Made by a program: the position numbers and the translations under genes
Source: Promethearchaeota archaeon
Lineage (GTDB): Archaea > Asgardarchaeota > Lokiarchaeia > Sigyniarchaeales > SOKP01
Direction of reading: 5' to 3'
NCBI GenBank assembly: GCA_048938025.1
Contig: JBHLMP010000005.1
Coordinates: forward strand, 32,001 to 96,000
DNA length: 64,000 nucleotides
Shown: positions 1 to 9,266 of the stretch, piece by piece
How positions within the stretch are numbered: position 1 is the first letter of the stretch
Layout: every line of letters begins with the position of its first letter
The notes under the pieces: generated by a model
Told to the model about the DNA's origin: nothing
The model's database searches: none
Seen by the model: only the letters and a program-made list of their open reading frames with translations

Positions 1-232
1 GGAAGAATTTTCTTAAAGAATTTAGATTCAATTAAAATATTGAATTCGCCCTTAATAAAACTGTGGTTTTATTATTCCCTCTAATTTTGATTAAAAGATT
101 GAATAAATCTCCTTTTCTCTTTCTTTTAAAACCTATTTCAATTAATCTTTTAAGACTTTATTAACTTCTTTTAAGAGAAAATGAACTCAATAAAGCAAAA
201 TATAATAGCTTTTCTATATATTTTTAATTAGG

Positions 233-245
233 TGCAATAATTGCA
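233..245. promoter_or_regulatory. Palindromic operator TGCAATAATTGCA (copy 1 of the sulfur-cluster motif)
   Basis: TGCAA-N3-TTGCA, just upstream of TATA-like TATTAAATA before the 319 gene; same motif at 1980, 2407 and 5428. Confidence 0.65.
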
Positions 246-318
246 TATACTATTAAATAGATTTTTGTTAGAGTGACTCTATACACTTCAAAAACTAAAT
301 ATTTAACAAGAAGGTAAG

Positions 319-921
319 TTGACTAGTCAAATGGAAGAGAGATCTAATGAAACTTCTTTTGAAACTAAAGATTCAAAACCCAAAGCTAAATTGTATAAAA
401 AATATTCATTTTTGAGAGTATCTATTTATGAAATTTCAACAATTCTCCATTATTTAATAGGAGGATTGGGATTAATTATAGGGTATGCATTTTTATGGTT
501 GGGCTACCTATTTGGTTTAATTTATATTATTTTTGCATTTCTACAAATGTACATTCTTATGCCATTAACTGTGTGCCCAAATTGTGTGTATTACAGAATG
601 GAAGGTTCACGCTGTGTATCAGGCTTAAATAAGATCTCACGAAAAATAGCAAAGGAAGGAAAACCTGAAGTTTTTCCAAAACGAGCAGAGGGAGTATTTT
701 GCTACAATAATATATATATGGCTGCTTTATTTTTCCCAATCGTGGCATTAATCCCTGCTTTAATCTTAAATTTTTCTCTATTGTTGTTATTAATATTTTT
801 GATAGTTTTGGGCTTGCTGGTCTTTCGTTTTTTTGTAATTTTTCCTAAGATAGCATGTTTGCACTGTAACGCAAAATTTACATGCCCTATCGGTGAAAAA
901 ATTGGCGTTCGAGATAAATGA
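319..921 (+). CDS. Uncharacterised 4-TM membrane protein with Cys clusters (CPNC..C, CLHC..CP)
   Basis: 200-aa ORF, TTG start after AAGGT; two hydrophobic hairpins, each followed by a CxxC motif. Confidence 0.7.
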   Translation: MTSQMEERSNETSFETKDSKPKAKLYKKYSFLRVSIYEISTILHYLIGGLGLIIGYAFLWLGYLFGLIYIIFAFLQMYILMPLTVCPNCVYYRMEGSRCVSGLNKISRKIAKEGKPEVFPKRAEGVFCYNNIYMAALFFPIVALIPALILNFSLLLLLIFLIVLGLLVFRFFVIFPKIACLHCNAKFTCPIGEKIGVRDK

Positions 922-1007
922 TGCGAACAATATTTAATAATCACCAATAGAGATTTCACTCTTAATAAAAATCAGAATATAATTATTTCCTTCCTCTCTT
1001 ATTCTTT

Positions 1008-1958
1008 CTAATCCATGGAATAATGTTCTGGTTCTGGATGTAGTTTATTAATAAACCTATAATTAAAAATATCTTGTATTTTTAGATTTTTTTTTATATA
1101 TCCCAAATTATAAAGAGTCTTTACGAATTTCATTGTTGCTCTTATGTAGCCCTCTGAGAGAGCAATACAATATTTTGGGGATATTTTCAGAACAGCCTCA
1201 GCATAATTTTTATCAATTATTTTAAATGATTTTACAATTTTCTCTGCTGCGACTGCTGGTGATTCTCGAAGCAGATTTGATGCATTTTTATGATGGGTGA
1301 GAAATTTTAAAATTAATTCAGGATTGTTTTGAATGAGTTTTTTATGGACAAATATTCCATAGCTAGGATTATTTGGCCATAGCTCTTTAGCTTCGATAAT
1401 TAAATGAGATTCTAAAATTGTTGATGTAAATACAGCTAACGCAGGAGTTCCAACACCTGCTTCTAAAAGACCTTCTCTCATATCCAAAGCTATGAATTCT
1501 GCTTGCTCATAGTTCTTGATCTGAATTTCCTCTAACAAGTTGTATTTTTCTAAATAAAAATTTAATATAACATCATGAATAGAACCTTTACTCGGAACTC
1601 CTATTGTTTTTCCTTTAAACTGGGAAAAGACCCTATTTAAATCATTATCTAATTGTTGTTGTGTGTTGTATACTCTTTTAGCAACTACAATTGTTCCCTC
1701 AACATGTCCTCCAGCGACACATATGATTGGAACACTTTCAGCAATTCCTATTATAGCAGGAGGTAAACCCATATAACCGATATCTAGTTTATTTTCCTTG
1801 AATGCTTTAACCATAGCAGGTCCGGTTCCAAAAAGAACCCAATTTATATCTGCCTTTAAATCTTTGTTTAAATCTTCAGATTCCATCAAAATATAATTAG
1901 TATGATATGCAGTTGAAAGGTGTCCTATATTTAATCTATTTTTTTTAATATAAATCAC
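1008..1958 (-). CDS. ABC transporter substrate-binding protein, NitT/TauT/SsuA family
   Basis: FGTGPAMV..LDIGYMGLPPAIIG and GKTIGVPSKGSIHD motifs; the GTG lies inside the GGTGA SD, so the true start may be ATT at 1949. Confidence 0.8.
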   Translation of the reverse strand: MIYIKKNRLNIGHLSTAYHTNYILMESEDLNKDLKADINWVLFGTGPAMVKAFKENKLDIGYMGLPPAIIGIAESVPIICVAGGHVEGTIVVAKRVYNTQQQLDNDLNRVFSQFKGKTIGVPSKGSIHDVILNFYLEKYNLLEEIQIKNYEQAEFIALDMREGLLEAGVGTPALAVFTSTILESHLIIEAKELWPNNPSYGIFVHKKLIQNNPELILKFLTHHKNASNLLRESPAVAAEKIVKSFKIIDKNYAEAVLKISPKYCIALSEGYIRATMKFVKTLYNLGYIKKNLKIQDIFNYRFINKLHPEPEHYSMD

Positions 1959-1979
1959 CTTTTTGAGTACCTGATATTC

Positions 1980-1992
1980 TGCAAAAATTGCA
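1980..1992. promoter_or_regulatory. Palindromic operator TGCAAAAATTGCA (copy 2)
   Basis: Lies in the divergent intergenic region between the SBP and MoaD genes. Confidence 0.65.
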
Positions 1993-2082
1993 CTAATATT
2001 TAACTATTATAAACTAAATAAATAAATGCTATTTTTATTGACATAATATAGACACTTGTTATAAATTAAAATTAAAACACTA

Positions 2083-2382
2083 ATGATTTCCGCATTGATA
2101 AATATAAAAATCTTATTCTTTTCTTTATTGGCAGATAAATTTGGTAAAGATGAATTCACTTTAAATGTTGAACATGTTATAACTTTAAGAGATTTGCTAA
2201 ATCAACTGAGTTCTTTACTTGGAAGAGAATTTGAGGAGATGAATATTGTATCTGAGGATAAATTAAATAAATACGTAATTATAGGTTTAAATGGGAGAGA
2301 TATTCGACAATTTAATGGTTTAGATACTATTATTAAAGATAATGATGTGCTATCTTTTCTACCAGCTATTGCAGGTGGATAA
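2083..2382 (+). CDS. MoaD/ThiS/SAMP family ubiquitin-like sulfur carrier
   Basis: Beta-grasp-sized protein with LNGRDI motif and C-terminal PAIAGG diglycine. Confidence 0.9.
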   Translation: MISALINIKILFFSLLADKFGKDEFTLNVEHVITLRDLLNQLSSLLGREFEEMNIVSEDKLNKYVIIGLNGRDIRQFNGLDTIIKDNDVLSFLPAIAGG

Positions 2383-2406
2383 TGAACTTTTTTTTTTATA
2401 TTTAGA

Positions 2407-2419
2407 TGAAAAAATTGCA
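2407..2419. promoter_or_regulatory. Operator TGAAAAAATTGCA (copy 3, one mismatch) upstream of cysE
   Basis: 12/13 match to copies 2 and 4. Confidence 0.55.
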
Positions 2420-2483
2420 CTTAATTATTTATTTCACTAAATTATTTTCTCCAAGATAGAATATTAAAAATGGATAACTGACA

Positions 2484-3323
2484 ATGGAAGATTTTTTAAA
2501 CTGTCTAAATTGTGGCAAGACTTTAGGGGATAAAGAGAGAAATCATTATAATTTTTGTGCTGAATGTATTTTAAAATTAGACTTTCGATTAGAAGAGCTA
2601 AATCGTGAAGAGATAGATCAAAATTTACAAAAAATTTTAAATTTCTTTGTCTCTGATGTTAGTGCTGCCTTTAATAAGGATCCAGCTGCTCAATCTCTAT
2701 TGGAAGTTTTAACAAGTTATCCGGGAATTAAAGCAATTTTGTTACATCGTATTGCTCATTTTTTCTGGAAAATTAAAATGCCATTTGTGCCAAGGTATCT
2801 TTCAGAAATTACCCGGGAACTTACTGGAATAGAAATTCATCCTGGCGCTGAAATTGGAAAGGATTTTTTTATTGATCATGGAGGCGGTGTTGTTATTGGA
2901 GAGACTGCAAAGATTGGTGATAATGTAACTATTTATCAAGGCGTGGTCTTAGGAGGAACAATGACAGATCCAATCAAGAGACACCCAACCTTAGGAAACA
3001 ATATTGTTGTCGGCACAGGAGCAAAGTTATTAGGACCAATAACAATTGGAGACAATGTGAGAATTGGAGCAAATTCTGTAGTTGTTCAAGATATACCTCC
3101 TAATTCGGTAGTAGTCGGTGTTCCTGGAAAAATTATATCTCGTGATGGAAAAAAAATTAAAAAAATCGATCTTTCACATGGAGATTTACCCGATCCAATG
3201 TCAATAACTCTTTCTTCAATAAATCGAAGAATAGAATTCCTTGAAAAGCATTTAAAAATTAAATCGGATATAAAAAGAAATGATATTGAAATATATTTTG
3301 GTATCAATGGAGGAGGTATTTAA
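2484..3323 (+). CDS. cysE: Serine O-acetyltransferase with N-terminal CxxC-x14-CxxC extension
   Basis: DPAA..YPG, GIEIHPGA, FFIDHG, KRHPTLG and VVGVPG hexapeptide motifs; C-terminal GGGI. Confidence 0.95.
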   Translation: MEDFLNCLNCGKTLGDKERNHYNFCAECILKLDFRLEELNREEIDQNLQKILNFFVSDVSAAFNKDPAAQSLLEVLTSYPGIKAILLHRIAHFFWKIKMPFVPRYLSEITRELTGIEIHPGAEIGKDFFIDHGGGVVIGETAKIGDNVTIYQGVVLGGTMTDPIKRHPTLGNNIVVGTGAKLLGPITIGDNVRIGANSVVVQDIPPNSVVVGVPGKIISRDGKKIKKIDLSHGDLPDPMSITLSSINRRIEFLEKHLKIKSDIKRNDIEIYFGINGGGI

Positions 3324-3354
3324 TTAATACAATATAGAGAGGAGGTGAAAAGAC

Positions 3355-4284
3355 TTGGGAAGAATATTTAATAATATTATTGAAACCATTGGGAATACAC
3401 CGTTAGTAAGACTTAATAGGATTACTGAAAGAATTGAACCAAATATTTTTGTAAAAATTGAGGGTTTCAACCCTGGCGCAAGTGTTAAGGACCGAATTTG
3501 TATGTCGATGATTGATGCTGCTGAAAAAGCGAAAATCATTAAAAAGAATACAATAATTGTCGAACCCACCTCAGGTAATACAGGTATTGGTTTAGCATTA
3601 GTCTGTGCTGCTAAAGGGTACAAATTAATTCTTACAATGCCAGATAGTATGACAATTGAAAGAAGAAAAATATTAAAAGCATATGGTGCGGAATTAGTAT
3701 TAACTCCTGCTGATAAAGGAATGAAGGGAGCCATTGAAAAGGCTGAAGATTTAGCGAAAGACAACGATAAAGTTTTTATTCCTCAACAGTTTAAAAATGA
3801 AGCAAATCCTGAAATTCATCGTAAAACAACCGCAGAAGAGATATATAATGATTTAGATGGAAAAATTGACGGATTTGTGTCAGGAATAGGCACAGGTGGA
3901 ACTATAACAGGAGTAGGGGAAATACTTAAACAGAGAATTGGCAATCATGTGAAAATATATGCTGTAGAACCAAAAGATTCTCCTGTATTGTCAGGAGGTG
4001 AACCAGGATCACATAAAATCCAAGGAATTGGTGCCGGATTTGTACCTGATGTATTGAATACTGAAATTTATGATGATGTAATTCAAGTTAATTATGAGGA
4101 TGCTGTACAAACATCAAGAAAATTAGCTAAATTAGAAGGGATTTTTGTAGGGATTTCTGCGGGAGCAGCAGCGTGGGCAGGAATTTACATAGTTTCAAAA
4201 GAATTTAAAAAAGGAGATAATTTAGTTATAATTTTACCAGATACAGGAGAAAGATATTTATCTACAGATCTATTTGAAACATGA
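3355..4284 (+). CDS. cysK: Cysteine synthase A (O-acetylserine sulfhydrylase)
   Basis: SVKDR (PLP lysine), EPTSGNTG, GTGGT, HKIQGIG and DTGERYLST motifs; TTG start after GGAGGTGA. Confidence 0.95.
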   Translation: MGRIFNNIIETIGNTPLVRLNRITERIEPNIFVKIEGFNPGASVKDRICMSMIDAAEKAKIIKKNTIIVEPTSGNTGIGLALVCAAKGYKLILTMPDSMTIERRKILKAYGAELVLTPADKGMKGAIEKAEDLAKDNDKVFIPQQFKNEANPEIHRKTTAEEIYNDLDGKIDGFVSGIGTGGTITGVGEILKQRIGNHVKIYAVEPKDSPVLSGGEPGSHKIQGIGAGFVPDVLNTEIYDDVIQVNYEDAVQTSRKLAKLEGIFVGISAGAAAWAGIYIVSKEFKKGDNLVIILPDTGERYLSTDLFET

Positions 4285-4299
4285 TTTAAATTTTGATTG

Positions 4300-4530
4300 T
4301 TAAAGTTTCTTTAGTTTCATAAGCCAAACATCTTTTTCTGAATCTAATTCCTTTATTTCTAATAATTCCGCTAAAGATTGTCGTTTACAATTTTCAGGAA
4401 TATTTTTAAGAGCAGCAGGAAAGTCTAAAAGAACCTCTAAAATATCCCCTCTATCAAGTTCTTCAAGTTTTAATTTTGTGTAAACAAATGTCATTGGACA
4501 TACTTTCCCCCTTATGTCTAAATACTTCAT
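4300..4530 (-). CDS. tusA: TusA/SirA family sulfurtransferase
   Basis: LDIRGKVCPMT motif; ATG at 4530 preferred over the longer ORF overlapping moeB. Confidence 0.85.
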   Translation of the reverse strand: MKYLDIRGKVCPMTFVYTKLKLEELDRGDILEVLLDFPAALKNIPENCKRQSLAELLEIKELDSEKDVWLMKLKKL

Positions 4531-4559
4531 AATTTCTTTTTCAGATCCTCTTAAAATGT

Positions 4560-5366
4560 TTATTGACAAACGTCATCAATCCCATATTGTATAATTTCAA
4601 CTATATCTTTTGCATCATCCCCACATGCGATGCATCTTTCATTCCTATGAAGATCTATAAAATTAAAGGTATTTCTTAAAAGATCTATATATAAGATTTT
4701 ATTTTTTATTAAATCCCCGATACCTAGAATATATTTTAATGCTTCATTTGCTTCTATGCAGCCTAAAATTCCTGGTACAAATCCGATTACTCCAGCTTCG
4801 GAACATGACATTCCAGTTGGTCCTTCAATTATATCACCAAAAATGCATCGATAGCACGCAGTTTTTTCTTCAGGAATTACTGTCATAATTTGTCCATGAA
4901 ATCTTAAAACACCTGCTATTGTAAATGGTATTTTTAAATAAATGCATGTATCATTAACTAGCATCTTAGTTGGAAAATTATCAGACCCTTCTATAACAAA
5001 ATCGGAGTCCTTAAGAATTTCTTTAGCATTCTTAGCTGTAATTTTTTCATTTATGATTTCAATAATGGAATCAGGATTTAGCATATTTAACTTTTCAATT
5101 GCACTTTCTGTTTTCTTCCTATCGATATCTTTTGTGAAATGTAGAATCTGTCTATGCAAATTAGATGGCTCTACTTTATCATAGTCAATTAGTTTTAAAT
5201 GCCCAATTCCGGCTGCTGTTAGATAATATGCAACAGGGGATCCAAGAGCTCCTAGACCAACTAAAGAGATTTTTGACTTTAATAATTTCTTTTGACCTAT
5301 ACCCCCAACTTCTTTTAGGACGATTTGACGAGAATATCTCTTAATTTGCTCTTCAGTTAAATTCAT
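4560..5366 (-). CDS. moeB: MoeB/ThiF/HesA family E1-like adenylyltransferase
   Basis: RYSRQ, GLGALGS, SNLHRQ, CYRC and CIAC motifs; no rhodanese domain. Confidence 0.9.
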   Translation of the reverse strand: MNLTEEQIKRYSRQIVLKEVGGIGQKKLLKSKISLVGLGALGSPVAYYLTAAGIGHLKLIDYDKVEPSNLHRQILHFTKDIDRKKTESAIEKLNMLNPDSIIEIINEKITAKNAKEILKDSDFVIEGSDNFPTKMLVNDTCIYLKIPFTIAGVLRFHGQIMTVIPEEKTACYRCIFGDIIEGPTGMSCSEAGVIGFVPGILGCIEANEALKYILGIGDLIKNKILYIDLLRNTFNFIDLHRNERCIACGDDAKDIVEIIQYGIDDVCQ

Positions 5367-5427
5367 TTTTTACCATTTAAATTACAATAACTAACATAGA
5401 AATATCTTTAGTTTATATAAAATAAGA

Positions 5428-5440
5428 TGCAAAAATTGCA
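5428..5440. promoter_or_regulatory. Palindromic operator (A)TGCAAAAATTGCA(T) (copy 4) upstream of moeB-tusA
   Basis: A few nt upstream of a minus-strand TTTATATA box. Confidence 0.65.
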
Positions 5441-5470
5441 TTGAAATCTACTATAAGGTCTAAGAGGATC

Positions 5471-6016
5471 TTATTTACGAATTAATATTCCAATTTTTCC
5501 ACCTATTTTTTGAATAGAATTACCCTCAGCACCAATCAATACTTCTTCTTTAATTAAATTGATGATAGCTCGAGTTATCATGCTTAACGGATATTGTTGT
5601 ATTTCTTTAATGCCAATTAGCTCATCAATAGTTAAAGCTTCTCCAGGCACTATCATTGAAATTATTGCTCTTTTTACGTGATCTAAATTACTCACATTTT
5701 CTATTAATTCACGTGTTCCTCCCTTTTTGCTACTTTGTTTAAGTTCAGTTAAGGTAGATGTTAATAATTTAACTTGTTCTTCAAGTTTAGTAATACGTAT
5801 TTCTAATTCTCTTTTGGAACTTCTATTTATTTTACTTGGTTCTTCCTTTTCAGCTAAGAATTTAATTACAAGTTTTTCAAGGTGTTCTTTTGGAATATTA
5901 GCTTTTTTTATTTGTTGTATTTTTTCTGTTTTAGTGCTACTTTTCTTTAAGTTAATATTACATTCTTTTGCTAATTTTTCCAGGTAGTGCACTGTGAGAT
6001 CATTTAGATCTGCCAT
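5471..6016 (-). CDS. Hypothetical protein: helix-extension-helix-like N-terminus, coiled coil, possible C-terminal wHTH
   Basis: LNDLTVHYLEKLAKECNI resembles Rho-N/SAP-type HEH; central heptads; LTIDEL..ITRAIINLIKEEVL. Confidence 0.55.
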   Translation of the reverse strand: MADLNDLTVHYLEKLAKECNINLKKSSTKTEKIQQIKKANIPKEHLEKLVIKFLAEKEEPSKINRSSKRELEIRITKLEEQVKLLTSTLTELKQSSKKGGTRELIENVSNLDHVKRAIISMIVPGEALTIDELIGIKEIQQYPLSMITRAIINLIKEEVLIGAEGNSIQKIGGKIGILIRK

Positions 6017-6144
6017 ATCTAACCTCAATTGAAGAAATTTTTATGTAGTTTTAAAATCTTTTAAGAGGAATATTAATTAATTAAAAATTGATACAGCAAT
6101 TATTAAAAATATCATTATTAACCTCAAAATCAGAGTTGATTTAA

Positions 6145-6612
6145 ATTAATATAATTGAATTAGATGAATCAAATATCCCTGAAATTCTAGAACTATGGAA
6201 GGAACTTATTGATTTTCAAGCAAATTTGGATCTATTCTTTATTAGAAGAGAGGATGCGCATCTAAATTATGAATCATATATAAAAGAGTTAATGAAATCA
6301 GGAGATACAAAAATCTTTGGAGCATTAGAAGATAAGAATTTACTAGGTTTTATTGTAGCAAAATTAAGTTATTATCCTCCTATATATTTACAAGAAAAGT
6401 ATGGTTCAATTGATGATATTATAATCACTTCATCTTATAGGAGAATGGGAGTAGGTAGTATGTTATTGGAGAGAGCTTTTGGCTGGTTTAATTCTCGAGG
6501 ATTAATACGCGTTGAGTTAAATGTAGTAAAACAGAATCAAGGGGCATACTCCTTTTATTTAAAACACGGTTTTAAGGATTATATGCATAAATTATTTCTT
6601 GAAATTAAATAA
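6145..6612 (+). CDS. GNAT N-acetyltransferase (probable ATT start at 6145)
   Basis: YRRMGVGS and N..AYSFY.K.GF motifs; the N-terminal strand/helix lies upstream of the first TTG (6226). Confidence 0.85.
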   Translation: MNIIELDESNIPEILELWKELIDFQANLDLFFIRREDAHLNYESYIKELMKSGDTKIFGALEDKNLLGFIVAKLSYYPPIYLQEKYGSIDDIIITSSYRRMGVGSMLLERAFGWFNSRGLIRVELNVVKQNQGAYSFYLKHGFKDYMHKLFLEIK

Positions 6613-6684
6613 TTTCTTTTCTTTCAAAAGTAACTTTAAATATTTGTTAATATTGCCATAATAAATATTATTAAGGGGATAGAT

Positions 6685-8553
6685 ATGGAATTTGGTTATA
6701 CAGGGAATATCCTTAGAGTCAATTTATCTAAAGGAGATATATTTATTGAACATCCTGATGAAATTTTTTACCGCCGATATATCGGAGGTGAAGGTTTCGT
6801 AGCATACTATCTTTTAAAAGAAGTCCTGACAGGAATTGATCCATTAAGTTCTGAAAATAAATTGATTTTTGCTACAGGTCCATTAACTGGATTTGCAATT
6901 CCGGGAACAGGTAGAAATAGTGTAGGTGCAAAGTCTCCTTTAACAGGAGGATTTGGTGAAGCGGAAGTTGGTGGTCATTGGGGAGCCGAGTTAAAGCACG
7001 CAGGATTTGATGCAATAATAGTAGAGGGAAAAGCAAAAAAGCCTGTCTATTTATGGATTAAAGATGGAGAAATAGAAATAAAGGATGCAACTCATCTCTG
7101 GGGTAAAATTACTGGTGAAGCCGAGGTAATTATTAAAGAAGAATTAGGTGATAAATTTATCCGCGTCGCTCAAATTGGCCCTGGAGGAGAACGTTTAGTT
7201 CGTTATGCATGTGTTATTAATGATTTAAGAAATGCTGCAGGGCGTGGTGGAATGGGTGCTGTAATGGGATCTAAAAATCTAAAAGCTGTGGCTGTTAGAG
7301 GTCATAAAAGACTTGAAGTCAATAATAAAGAGAAATTGAGAGGACTAATAAAAGAGTACCATGATGTAGCGTACAAACCATATGCAAGTTATTTTGAGCA
7401 TGGTACAGGAGGGGGAATAATGGAGATGTTTGCGGAATCCGGAAACCTTCCAACAAGAAATTTTAGGGATGGTGATTTTTTGGGGGCAAAAGCTTTAGAT
7501 CCCAGTGTTATGAAGGAAGTAATTAACCTTAAAATGGATGCTTGCTATGCGTGTTCACTTCGGTGTAAAAAAGTTGTACAAATTGGAGAACCTTGGAATG
7601 TTGATCCAATATATGGAGGTCCTGAATATGAATCTATAGCTGCTTTTGGATCGAATTGTGGAGTAGATGATATAAAAGCTGTTTGTAAAGCAAATGAGCT
7701 CTGTAACAAATATTCATTAGATACAATATCTACTGGCGTTTCGATCGGATTTGGGATGGAATGTTATGAGAATGGAATATTGACCGATAAAGACACTAAT
7801 GGACTATCATTAAATTTTGGAAATAAAGAAGCAATGCTAGAGATGGTAAAAATGATTGCTAACCGAGAAGGTTTAGGAGATATTTTAGCTGATGGTGTCA
7901 AAAGAGCAGCTGAAAAAATACAAAATGGAGCAAAAGACTATGCTATGCATGTTAAAGGACAGGAGATTCCTATGCATGAACCACGTTTGAAGCAAGGAAT
8001 GGGTGTTGGTTATTCTGTTTCACCAACTGGTGCTGAACATATGGCAAATATTCATGATACTTCTTTTACTAGTGAAAGGGCAATGAGTCCTCATAATGCT
8101 ATAGGTTTATTAGAACCTCTTGAAACGAACGATTTGAGTGCGAAAAAAATTCGTATTTTAACTTATTATAGTAATTGGCAAAATGCATCTAATGCTATAT
8201 TAGTATGTTATTTTTTACCATGGGACTATAATGATATACCAGAAATTCTTAAAGCTGTAACTGGTTGGAATATAAATACATGGGAGATTATGAAATTAGG
8301 AGAACGGATTACAACTATGGCTAGAGCATTTAATATTAGGGAGGGTTTTTCTAAAGATGATGACTGGCTTCCTAAACGATTTTTCCAACCTACTACTTCA
8401 GGTGCTTTATCTAAAACTGCAATAAATCCCGATGAATTCAAGAATGCTCGATCTACCTATTACAGAATGATGGGCTGGGATGATAATGGAATTCCAACTA
8501 AAGCAAAACTAGAGGAATTAGATATCGAGTGGGTTTCTAAAATGCATCCATAA
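6685..8553 (+). CDS. aor: Tungsten-dependent aldehyde:ferredoxin oxidoreductase family protein
   Basis: KSPLTG, AAGRGGMGAVMGSKNLKA, CYACSLRC and GPEYES motifs. Confidence 0.93.
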   Translation: MEFGYTGNILRVNLSKGDIFIEHPDEIFYRRYIGGEGFVAYYLLKEVLTGIDPLSSENKLIFATGPLTGFAIPGTGRNSVGAKSPLTGGFGEAEVGGHWGAELKHAGFDAIIVEGKAKKPVYLWIKDGEIEIKDATHLWGKITGEAEVIIKEELGDKFIRVAQIGPGGERLVRYACVINDLRNAAGRGGMGAVMGSKNLKAVAVRGHKRLEVNNKEKLRGLIKEYHDVAYKPYASYFEHGTGGGIMEMFAESGNLPTRNFRDGDFLGAKALDPSVMKEVINLKMDACYACSLRCKKVVQIGEPWNVDPIYGGPEYESIAAFGSNCGVDDIKAVCKANELCNKYSLDTISTGVSIGFGMECYENGILTDKDTNGLSLNFGNKEAMLEMVKMIANREGLGDILADGVKRAAEKIQNGAKDYAMHVKGQEIPMHEPRLKQGMGVGYSVSPTGAEHMANIHDTSFTSERAMSPHNAIGLLEPLETNDLSAKKIRILTYYSNWQNASNAILVCYFLPWDYNDIPEILKAVTGWNINTWEIMKLGERITTMARAFNIREGFSKDDDWLPKRFFQPTTSGALSKTAINPDEFKNARSTYYRMMGWDDNGIPTKAKLEELDIEWVSKMHP

Positions 8554-8576
8554 GATGATAAAAATAATAAAAAACT

Positions 8577-9218
8577 TTATAATTCAAATTCTTCGCCAAT
8601 TGCCAAGAATTTCGAATTGATCTTATTTTCTTTTAAAAATTCTGCTAATTTTTTAGCGCTTTCATCTTTTTCTGTTGCGAAATGATAAGGAATTGCTGTA
8701 TTTGGTTTAAGATTCTTTAAAAATCCTAAATAATCATAAAAATTATCTTCAAAACATGCTACAAAACAATAATTAATCTCATGCTTAATTCTGTTCAATT
8801 CTCCGGAATAATCTGCTGAATCTGCTGTGTGCAGTATTTTTTTACCTTCAATTTCTACTAAATAAGCTACACACCCTTCAGCTTTCCAACAATTATTTTC
8901 AAAAACTTCTACAGAGCCATTATTAAGATCAATTTTTGAACCTGGTAAAATTAGGGTGAAATCAAGGTTAAACTCATCATGAATACATTCTGGACCGTAA
9001 ATCTCTAATTCCTTACCTTCTTTTAAAAAATTTATCCTGATTTCATTAATTTTTTCAAGGTTAACGTGATCTGAATGATGATGTGTCAAAAAGATTGATT
9101 CAATTCCTTTATTTGGTTGAGAGATAAATACTGGATCAATAATAATATGATCTTTTTCACTGATAAGCTCCAAACACGCATTTCCTAAAAATCGACACAA
9201 TACCATAGATTTTATCAT
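8577..9218 (-). CDS. MBL-fold metallo-hydrolase (UlaG-like)
   Basis: LTHHHSDH, IIIDP and IPYH motifs; start at ATG 9218 or 9206. Confidence 0.8.
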   Translation of the reverse strand: MIKSMVLCRFLGNACLELISEKDHIIIDPVFISQPNKGIESIFLTHHHSDHVNLEKINEIRINFLKEGKELEIYGPECIHDEFNLDFTLILPGSKIDLNNGSVEVFENNCWKAEGCVAYLVEIEGKKILHTADSADYSGELNRIKHEINYCFVACFEDNFYDYLGFLKNLKPNTAIPYHFATEKDESAKKLAEFLKENKINSKFLAIGEEFEL

Positions 9219-9266
9219 TTTAACTTTTTCTTTAAAATATAAATCATTTAATATTATAAAATAATT

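Noticed and set aside
1-230. Possible gene end or start at the window edge (e.g. the missing ABC permease)
   Set aside because: Only short open frames; cannot be assigned without flanking sequence.
3324-3764. 146-aa minus-strand ORF and the other short overlapping ORFs in the track (e.g. 12542-12892, 50234-50500, 59130-59630)
   Set aside because: They are antisense or alternate-frame shadows of well-supported genes, with no recognisable motifs.
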